NCBI GenBank assembly: GCA_002189035.1
Contig: NEEC01000019.1
Span: 62,001 to 126,000, forward strand
From: Utricularia gibba
Taxonomy: Eukaryota > Plantae > Magnoliophyta
Direction: 5' to 3'
Length of the DNA: 64,000 bases
A program made the translations under genes and the position numbers. Under the pieces are notes generated by a model, which worked only from the letters and a program-made list of their open reading frames with translations, ran no database searches and was not told the origin of the DNA. Positions 54,322 to 64,000 of this stretch are shown here, one piece after another (position 1 is the first letter of the stretch; every line of letters begins with the position of its first letter).

Positions 54322-55729
54322 CCCTTAGGTGTATCTGAGGCATCGTGCGAGAATTATAAATAAAATAGACATTTATCTAACACCACCTTTATTATCTTAA
54401 GGCATCTCAAAGGTTTAGCCATACATAATTGGTACCCTAAGCAAACTTTCCTAAAGATAAACTGAAAATGTCATCACAACCATTATAAGAGAAATAGTAA
54501 AAGAGGTAAAATATTAAATAAATGAAAACAAAGTAAAATCAGTTTTTGCTTTCATCTTTTACTGTTCACAACTTAAAACAATATCATCGAACTGAATTTC
54601 TGAGTTTGTTATTCATTTTTTAGGCTTTTCTTCCATAAAAATTATCTTTTTCTTCCTTCTTGTTCATTGTTCTCTTCTCTCCCTCAAAAATATCTTTATA
54701 TCTTCTTTTTCTTTTTCATTTTCCAAAGGTGTCAAGTTTATTTTTGCACCCAACTATTTACACACATTAGAAAAAATGCCCCAAGAGTTTAATGTGATGC
54801 TATTGTGGGGCAACTTCACCCCTTAAATTTACACATATATGCAACAATGCCCTCCAAATTTTTGTAAAAACGTTTAAATATGTCACATATGATTGAAAAA
54901 TATATTTTTATCTCCAAATGTTTTTGACAGTATAAAAATGCCCTAACTTTCATTAAAGTTTTAAATGTTTATTTTATGTCAAATGTTTCGAAGTTGCACT
55001 TTTATCTCATACTGGTTTTTTATTATTACTAATATAATAATAATCATAATCATAATCATAATAATACTAGTAATAATAATAGTTGTTTGATTGCCATGAG
55101 ACAATTTTTTAACCATTTTTCATCCATTTTCATTAATGTTTTTATCTCAATTCATGGTTTCAATCATCACCATCATACTTAAACTCATGTAGTAAGATGT
55201 GAAATTTATTTTTTTTGTTTCTATTTGGTTTGAGTTTAAGAATTATAACAAAAGTTTAGAGTTCGAGTTTTTGTACAATAAAATTATTATTATTATTATC
55301 ATCATCACCATTATTATTGTTTGGAGGGCATTTTTACAAATTTCCCTTTTCCAAAATCTGTACTATTACTAGACTAAACCTATAGATTGCAGGCGACTGA
55401 ATATTAATCATGTCTCCTCTTTGTGTCTTGAGCTCATCCATTTTTGTATAAAAACTAACTAAATTTGATATATAATGTTGCTACTAACACTTAGAAGAAC
55501 ATTAGAAATAATAATATAAATTAAATCATCAATTTAATCCATATTATGCATAAAAATATAAATAATACTATAACTAATAAAGTATTAAAAATCACAATTA
55601 AGATACGTACTTTATTATTAAACATCCTAATTTTATAATTTTAAAATACTAATAAAATGTATGTTATCAGTCATCATGTTACACGGTTAATTATTATCAC
55701 TTTGCATCTACTCATCGACTATAAAAAAA

Positions 55730-57150
55730 TATCAAAGTTTTGCTTAAAAAATACCTCAACTTCTTACAAATCTTGATCTTTTTCTCATAATTTTCGTCAT
55801 TTGGTAGATTCTTATGAATTCTATCTATAGCCCAAAGTCTTGGAAGCATATGTTTAAAAATTTTAATGATGCCAAAGATATAATACATAGAATTCAATGA
55901 AGTTTTGCAATGAAGAGACAAACTCTTGCTGGAAGCAATGTTACATTGATGCAAAAATTAGATCAAATATCTCAATTCTCTTTATCAAAGTAGCCCAATC
56001 AATTACTCTATCACGAATTCTTTTCGAAAGTCTTCTCGATTTCTATGAAATCTACGTGCATAATTAAATTAAGAATATAGGTATTACAATGCATGCAGAG
56101 TACCTTTCCATCTAAAAGCATATCAACATAATATGTTTCTTTAGTACGTGGAGATGGAACATATGCACATTTATAAGAAAGTAATTAATAAAAGTTAATT
56201 AGTATTTAGCAACTCAGCATGATCGTAGATAATGAAGCATGAAAAAATGAAAATGCCTTAAAATGCAACCCCTCAATAATGAATCTTCATCAACATAATA
56301 TGTTTTAGTTGCCATGAATCCTTTATTGCGTTAATCTCAATAATGAATTTATTGGCAGCACAAGAAGATATATTTGCTATCGTCTTATATCACTTGGACT
56401 TATAATGCTTATACATCTTAAGAATAACTCTAGAAACCATTACAAATTGAGAATTTAGACTACTAAAATCTTTGAAATCTAAAGTGATCCACAATACTCA
56501 ATGGAAAAATCCTTTCATCAAAATTATATTTTCCCATATTTCCATTCTTTCCTATCTTCAGCAAATATTCATGAATATCCATATTTTTAGCAACTCATTG
56601 TTTGTTTTTAGTATCGAAGGACCTTGTCAAATGATCTCAACACTCAAAAAAAAAAAAAAATCCTGTTCCTAGAAACTCCACTACATTGTTTATCAATTTC
56701 AATTGATTACATGTTCAACGCATAAATAATTCATCTATTCAAAAGAAAAACATAAAAAAAATCCAATTTTTATGGATACAAACACTGAATATTCAATAGA
56801 AATATCAATCATTCTTCATTAGAAAAAAATATAAGAAAAATTTAACTCTAAACTATAATAAGAGAACATGTTTTCACCATAAGATCAAATAATTTTCCTA
56901 TATAAGAAAAAGCTCCTTAGCAGTATGGTAATTAGCAACAATTTTGTTTGAAAATTAAAATTCAAATGCGTATGGTAATTGTTGGCTAAACTCAAAATAT
57001 GCCCATTCAATATAAGAATAAGTTAACTAGCAGCATACCCTTACCCACAGCTTCCAAAGAAAGAGAAAACATTATGTACTATTGGGATTTAGGGGAACCT
57101 CATTGCACTAGGTGCACATTTAGTAGTGATTCCCGCTCGTTTCAACAAAA
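55730..57150 (-). mobile_element. hAT (Ac/Tam3-like) transposase relic, heavily degenerate
   Basis: Motif remnants in hAT order: KNMDIHEY (~56590), SRVILKMYKHYKSK (~56430), NKGFMATKTYYVDED (56327-56283, cf. KKGYMAVTAHFIDD) and AYVPSPRT (~56165, cf. FxYVPxPHT). Confidence 0.55.
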
Positions 57151-57367
57151 GCTTTCTTTTCATATTATCTAACTATGCTCCTCTATGAGTCCAGGGTAGC
57201 TTACATCCTCATTTTTTTATGGAACTCATGCAATAATCTGGATCACACTCTCCCATGAATTGAATGCAGTTCACATCTCTATCAAACCATCTTTCAGGGA
57301 GCCTGGGCAATGACCGATAAATTTACAAAATAATGAGATTTTCATAATTATTTTTTTTAATTTTATA

Positions 57368-57540
57368 CTTATATATATATGTATAGAAAATGTATAAATA
57401 AATAAATAAATATATATATATATATAAGTATTTATAGAAAATGTATATATAGATGTATAAATATATATACTTATATATATATAGATCCTCTTTTTCTATA
57501 TATATATATATATATAGAAAATATATAAATATATATATGT
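57368..57540. repeat. Compound (TA)n / TAGAAAATGTATA simple repeat
   Basis: Interleaved TA runs with three tatagaaaat(g/a)tata units. Confidence 0.8.
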
Positions 57541-59479
57541 AATTTATAGATGGAAAGACGACAAAAAAGGATGAAGATATTGATATATTATATATGTTAG
57601 TACTAGTAGACAATTAGTGTGTAAAGTGTTTCCCATATATTATAGACGAAAACCTAGTTATGTCTTTTGAGTTTTGGGGTCTTCTTCCCCTAAAGGCCCA
57701 AACCTCGTTTGAGGTTTTCATTGGCTCTATCCTGAGAAATTATAACTCGTAGAAAAGTAGATGTAAAGAGAGAAGTTTTCATTTATTCCATTTGCTATAC
57801 ACATTTCTTTTTCTAAATACCTCAAGTCTTCATGAAACAAAATCTCTATTTCATTCCTTAAAACATCTTTAGTAGTTTTCAGAAATGCTGATGTAGTTTT
57901 CCAGAAATCATTATTATTTTTACGGAAATCAATAATTTGGGGAAACCCCATTCTATGGAAACCAAAAAAAGGAAGTCTGGTTTCCTGTGACGTTCGCAAG
58001 AAAACCTCACTATGTTTTTTTATTTTTCTATTTGTTTTCGAAAATTGATAAAACAAATTAGGAAACTTAGTAAAGTAAACTTAATAAAGAAAAGACACGT
58101 AAGCATTTTCGAAAATTACTAAAGATACTCTTATAAAGTAACTTAAAGTGTTAAACACAATGCTAATTAATGGAGTATATGAATATGTTGGGTTTGAGTG
58201 CTAATATACTTGACCTGAGTCGAAAGTGAATGGGACAAATATTTTATGTTTAAACCCATTCCAAAAACCAAATATTTAGAACCCAAACCCGTCAAACATT
58301 TTGATCTATCAAATTTGAATCCCGAAATTGGTTCTTGCACAAACCTAGTCAAGAAGTTGTATTTTTTCTCTTTTCTTCTTCAAGATAAGATTCATTATCT
58401 TGAGGCATATTTTCATTAGTGAACCATGATAACAAGCGTGCTACTACCTTAATTTTAATTTTCTCCATCAACAAGATTGGCTGCATAAGCTTGGGGTGCG
58501 AATCTAAAAAAAACTACCTACTGATTTTTCTTAAAATAATCTCCCATTTAATCGATAATTAAAAAACTTAGTAATTAATAATGATGTGATTAAAGAGAAT
58601 GACCAACTTTTATAAAAAAATAGGTTGATTGTTTGATAAAAAAAACAGTACAACAAAAAGAAAGTTTCTTTCAAAACGAGATAATTGTATATATGACCTA
58701 AAAATTATGAGTTTAGAATATAATGGATCTAGAAATTTTCATAACGTACCCATAAAGTTTCGTGAATGGGCATATTTGATCCATAAGTTTGATGAATTGA
58801 CATATTTGACTTGCGGATTTTTGTTACTTTAGAACATACTCATTAATAATGATAAATTTAATCCGATAAAATTTCGATTTTGGCATATTTGACCCAAATA
58901 GTTTATCAGTTTGGCATATTTGACCTACATAATTGAACCCGGTTCAATAATAATGATATTGTATTAATATATATTTAATTATTAAAATATTTAAAAAATT
59001 TTACTTTTGATATTTGACCCTAAATTGAATTGGGGATGAGCCTCTTCTCCTCTTATGGGTGAAGGCGAACTACCCAGAGATTGGGAGAAGTGATTCCCAC
59101 ACAACATAAAGGTGTGAAGTTGCTCTTGATAATCATTCTCTTAAGGTATGGCTTTTGTGATTTTTTTCGCTTCATTGCATTATTGCATTTGCTTCTTGTT
59201 CGCCTGGTTGCTATTGTTGAACTTTTGTGCGAAAAATCGGTTGGTTTGGGAATGATAGTTTTCTTTGGCATTAGTGATGCTGAACAATTCTGTTGATATT
59301 TACTATTTGTCGTTTTCATAGTTTTAGGGTTGTATATCTCTCTGCAGTGTGTGAAGTGGGACAGTTTTGTACATGTTGATATTCAAATAAAGCATCGTTT
59401 GCTCTCTACCTTATTGGCTGCATACAAGATGCCCTCAAATAACTTGTAGTTATCTGCAACCTTGATGTTATAAATGCAG

Positions 59480-59769
59480 GTATCAGAGCAGCACCACTGC
59501 CATTTCAGTTGATAAATATGATAATAAACAACTGTCTATATAGATTGTTTTGCTTCAGATGACTAGCTGGACATGCATGTTATGCAATGGGTCCTGTTTT
59601 TTATGCTAACTTGGTGACAGCACAACTGGGTCAGTGGATAAAGTTTGAGCAAAATTGGAAAATGACCTTTAGCCAAGTGGGTGGTTCCAATAGTACAACT
59701 TTGGCTCTGGTTGTTTCTCGGATGCCTCTATTTGAAAAAAAAGTTAGAAACTCCATGTTCCTCTGTTAA
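59480..59769 (+). pseudogene. AGO4-like: Captured 3' fragment (last two exons plus intron) of an AGO4-clade ARGONAUTE
   Basis: Exons 59480-59511 and 59588-59769 splice in frame to YQSSTTAISVVGPVFYANLVTAQLGQWIKFE...VRNSMFLC*. From memory, the AtAGO4 C-terminus is YQRSTSAISVVAPICYAHLAAAQLGTFMKFE...VANSMFFC*. The 32-nt exon and the intron position fit AGO4-clade gene structure. Confidence 0.8.
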
Positions 59770-60472
59770 CCAGAACTAACCCATCATACATAACCTATCT
59801 TTTTAGAGTTAAATATCATTATACTCGATTTTTCTAGCCTGTCATTTCTCTTCTACTTGGATTCACTTACACTAGGGATGAGGGTGCTTATTTTTGCTGA
59901 GATCGTTTGATGAGGCAAATTGAAGTAGAAGTTAGGGACACCAATGGAAGCCTAACTTGTTCGTTCCTATCATATTTTAGGGTCATTACTTGCTTGATCC
60001 TGAATCGCTTGAATTAGAACACCCCTTGTTTGTAATTAATTTTCAAAATTTGTTGGTTATTTTTTAGTCGGTACTAAGTGCTATTATGTTTCTATAGATG
60101 ATACGAAATTGGTTCGTTGAAGATGACGTTCGTGAATTTGCAGAATTGATGGAGATTCCTCATTGATTTAGGAGCGGCCTAGTAAGCAAACTTTCCAAAA
60201 AAAATGTAGACATTGAACTTGTTTGTTGGTATGAACTTGTAGACTTTGTTATTTTTCTTTGACACTATTTATGCATTATATTTGCTTCTTTAAATTTTTA
60301 AACAAACATTATACAAACAATCATAATTATGGATGCAATCCCTATTCGCTATCCAGAGGTACATACAATCCTTTCTAATAACAAATATATGTTTATTAAA
60401 ATATAAATAATGTAAATATGTTATTTATTAAACCATATAATAAATATGAAAGTTTCTTAGTTTTTAATTTTA

Positions 60473-60750
60473 TTAGCATTCGATCCTTAGTTATACTTTG
60501 GATGGAGTGTGTATTTTTATTTTATTCATTTTAATTTGTATTCGATTCTTGGTTATGATTCGAATCGAATGCTATATTTTTTATTTTAATATTTTTTTAG
60601 CATTTGATCCTTAGGTATAATTCATATCGAGCATATATTTTTTATTTTAATATTTTTATTAGTATTTGATCCATAGGTATACTATGGATTGAGTGCATAT
60701 TGATTTATTTTAAATCTTAATTAGCGTTCAACCCTTAGGAGCAATTTAGA
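60473..60750 (+). repeat. ~62-bp degenerate tandem repeat, ~4.5 units, inside the MULE
   Basis: Units start TTAGCATTCGATCCTTAG (60473), (G)TATTCGATTCTTGG (~60537), TAGCATTTGATCCTTAGG (~60598), TTAGTATTTGATCCATAGG (~60659) and TTAGCGTTCAACCCTTAGG (60721). Confidence 0.75.
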
Positions 60751-63700
60751 TCGTACATACATGACAATGCCACACGGGCATGGTTTACGCATAAACCACG
60801 ATGGATATTCGGATTGACTGTTGTGCCCATATCTACAAGACACTTATCGATCAACATTTACTTCAAAAAGTATTCAATTTTTTTAAAATTTTGATAAACT
60901 TTATAGGTTAATTATGCCAATTCGATAAACTTTGTAGGTTAAATATGCAGATTTAACCAGCTTTAAGGGTCAATAATGTCAATTTATTAAACTGTAAGGG
61001 TCAAATATGTTAAATTATTGGGTTGAATATATCAACTGAACACTATACATGGGACCAATAGTAAACTTATTAGGTCAAACGGACTTCGTTGTAAAGTTTT
61101 ATAACTTTTCGTTGGATCAAATATGTCCCGTTATAATATTTTATAGGTCAAAAGTATCAAAACTAAATTTTTTATGGGTCAAATATATCATGCAAAAATT
61201 TTTTACAAGTCAAAATGTCATTTTGTAAATATTTTGGGTCACATATGCGGAAATGGTACCAGAGCAGGTCAAATATGTAAAACCGGTCATTTTGTTATGG
61301 GTCAAAAATGCCAAAATTTCAAAATTTTAGGTCAGAAATGCTATCACCCCATTTCAAAACTTATCTTCTTTTCTTATGGCATTTTTTTTATTCTTTTAGA
61401 TACACGATTGGTCAATATATTTGATAGTTGGGGTTTTTCTCAATATCGTTGTTATTTCCTCGAAAATTGTTCTTATATTTGTTATTTAAGAACAAGTGTA
61501 GCTACACCTAGACTGATCTTTCATATCAAAAAGTTTTTCATACGATGGTGTTTACAACTTTTGATAGGAAAAACAATGGATATTGGAGGATCAAATACTG
61601 CATGTTCCTTTATTAGAGGAATCTTAAAGATGTCTTATGTTGTGCATAAATGAAATTGCTAGAAAATAATGCATGGGAAAAGGTGTGCTTGAGAATGAAA
61701 TGCTCATATAGGCAAAACAAGAGGAAAAAGGTTTGGATAGGAAGTGCATAGAAAGAGTAGAAAAAATCCTTTAGCCCTTAGATGTCAGGCATAGCATGCA
61801 AAAGTAAATAAAGTTCAAAAAGAGCCATGGGCATAGTGAAGGCTTAGAAAAGAAATGCTCAAAAGATATTTTCTCAAAGTTAAAATTTGAACATAGAGAT
61901 GGATATCAATACAAGCCAACTCAGCTGGTCAAAAACCTATGATGGGTTGGCCACCCCATCATGAGTTGTAGATTAAATCAAGTACAAATTGGCCTTGATG
62001 GAGGTCAACTTTAAGTATAATAATGTTTTTTATATTATATAAAAAATAAATAAGAGGTGATCTTTCAATCTTTATACTATCTATGATTCGGATTGTCAAA
62101 TGAGGAATGGTATGAGATTCATGAGAGTTGAGGCCTCACGGGCAATGTGGCTTGGGCTTAGAATCGATTTGGAGAATTTTATGGAAGATGAAGAGAGACG
62201 AGAGAGGAATTAAATGCAAAGGTTGATAAAGTCTAGCAGAGGCATTGCTATTGTTGCCATTGATCATTGTGTGAAAATATGGCCATTACACGTCCAAATC
62301 ACTACCTTAGTTTGATTTTGTGTTTTATCAAGAGTGAAATTTCATGGAGTCGATGACGAATAAGAAGAGGAAAATGATGAATGGAAAAGAGTTTTTACAT
62401 CTAAAGTCGTTTAAAATAGCCGCATGTAAGCTCAAGTTAATTTAACAAGAGGTAAAAAAAGTAGTCCAACTATCCCCATACTCCTAGGTTTCAACTTTAG
62501 AATTTATTTTTTAATTAAAAAATAGCATCCCACAAAAATTGATTGTACCCACTAAAAATGAACTTGGTTCAAACCTATATGATACACATTCGAGTTGAGA
62601 CCCAAGTTAGGGTTGGGTCAGCAAGTTGACCACACCATTTTCCACCTGCACCCACACAAAAGTGCACACAAAAATTAACGTAGGTTGGAAGTGTTCGAGA
62701 AGATGCTCCAATAAAGAAGGCTTGTGGCTTGGGTGTGTAGTGCCCGAAAAAGACTATAGACATAGTGAGAACTCATGAAGAATGTTCTGCTGATAAAGGG
62801 CTGGGCATATAGCGCCCGTAGAATGTTGTCTCAATATATGCTCGAGAGCTGAGCGCCCAAGAACAACCTCCTGCATGTTGAAGATCCAAGAATGAGATCT
62901 AACATAGCAAGGATATGAAAAACAATTGCATGTATATTGAGATAGACTCTTGCATTGTACTCATTGAGCAAGCAGGATCACATATGCAAGAGCCCAAAAG
63001 CTCTTGAGAATCAAATAAATGAAAAATGCCATATTCTTGAAAGACTTAATTTATGGCTACCATCATTGTTTGTATTGAAACTTGAAAGATATCACTTTGC
63101 TATAAGAATTGAATGTAGGGTAAGAGTGTTGATCCTATTAATTTAAGTGAGAGATTAATGAGACTCAAGTCAATAGCCATATATTTTACAAACATCTGGG
63201 AAAGCTCATTCAATGGTCATATCGACCTTTGGTTGGTATGGAAAACACAAGCGTTTAACCTTTACATAATTAGGCTCATTCCTTGCTTCAAAAAACGTCA
63301 AATTAAAACAATGCTCTTTAATTTTTTCTTCTCCTTTCCTCTAATATATTGGTTTACAAGAGTTTGTGTAATATGTGCAGCATAGCATAAAAAATGCTAC
63401 CGAAGACACATCACAATAAGTGATGCATTTGTTGGTGAACTATACCCCAAGAGGTAGATGCTCTTAGTAAATAATGAATTTGTTGTTGATGATAAAAGTT
63501 TTTTTCACAAATATTGAAATTTTTTTGTGTTGGGTAGGTTTTAGTGTTTTTGTGAAAAGATAAAAATACATAATTTTGGTAATTCAGAAAGCCCAAAACC
63601 TAGGTGTTGCTTGCACTTGAGCTATAAGTTTCATTGAAATGCAAAGTGATCTTCAAGAATGCGAGCTTGGTTTGGACTCCAAAGATAGAAATCAAAAGGA

Positions 63701-63871
63701 AGAATCTCTGAGTTTCTTCTTGAATGCAGTTGCTATAATGAGGAGAAAGCATCGAAGTTGGCATTTAATTTCTTGTATAGCCTAGAGAGAAAATTGTGAG
63801 TAGTTTGGTGAGTCGTGGCTAATTAGATATTCCTCCAAAAATCAAATAACTTCCATTAGGATTTTTTGTTG

Positions 63872-63899
<28 letters not shown>
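63872..63899. repeat. (AT)n microsatellite
   Basis: Uninterrupted AT dinucleotide run of about 14 units. Confidence 0.9.
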
Positions 63900-63902
<3 letters not shown>

Positions 63903-64000
63903 TAGTTTAACCATATTCTAGGTTTTATCTAGATTATGGTAATTATCTTAATTTATGTGTTTGATCTAATATTTTTAGCTAATTTTGTTTAAGTTTTATT

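Larger units (their letters stand above)
58678..61351. mobile_element. Mutator-like element (Pack-MULE candidate) with long modular TIRs and 9-bp TSD TTTCAAAAC
   Basis: TTTCAAAAC at 58669-58677 and 61352-61360. The left arm (~58678-59030) repeats CATATTTGACC and the right arm (~60880-61350) repeats its complement GGTCAAATATG. The termini GAGATAATTGTATATATGACCTAAAA and rev-comp GGGGTGATAGCATTTCTGACCTAAAA align. Confidence 0.8.

Noticed and set aside
54770-55350. Short inverted AATGCCCTCCAAA / TTGGAGGGCATT match suggesting a small MULE/MITE
   Set aside because: The match is only ~13 bp, and termini and TSD could not be defined.
57323-57613. 96-aa Ile/Tyr-rich ORF
   Set aside because: Translation of a TA microsatellite.
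36130-59769. DRB pseudogene and AGO4 fragment in the same window as a possible RNA-silencing cluster
   Set aside because: They are ~22 kb apart, arose by different mechanisms (in-situ decay vs TE capture) and are separated by unrelated TEs; coincidence is sufficient.
61400-63870. Probable gypsy LTR/UTR-like sequence at the window end
   Set aside because: No PBS, PPT, termini or coding motif identified, so the element cannot be named.

Overview
Plant (eudicot-like) nuclear DNA with three zones. (1) 1-8.5 kb is decayed repeats: Athila-like gypsy remnants, two PIF/Harbinger transposase relics, and an LTR-derived insert whose two ends are both LTR 3' (U5) ends, with a 5-bp TSD. (2) 9-37.8 kb is a compact island of ten genes and one pseudogene: nucleotide pyrophosphatase/phosphodiesterase, cytidine deaminase, LpxA, SAM methyltransferase, mitochondrial CoA carrier, ATP synthase subunit g, deoxyhypusine synthase, gamma-glutamyl transpeptidase, ankyrin-RCC1-BTB protein, BPA1-like RRM protein, and a DRB pseudogene. 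Two of these genes carry single-base homopolymer frameshifts that may be assembly errors. (3) 38-64 kb is nested transposons: an Ale-like Copia, further Angela-like LTRs, Athila, Copia and hAT relics. The best lead is a ~2.7-kb Mutator-like element (58678-61351) with modular TIRs and a 9-bp TSD. It carries the last two exons of an AGO4-clade ARGONAUTE, so it is a candidate Pack-MULE that captured part of the RdDM silencing effector. Exon structures were derived by hand and family assignments come from remembered motifs. No searches were run.
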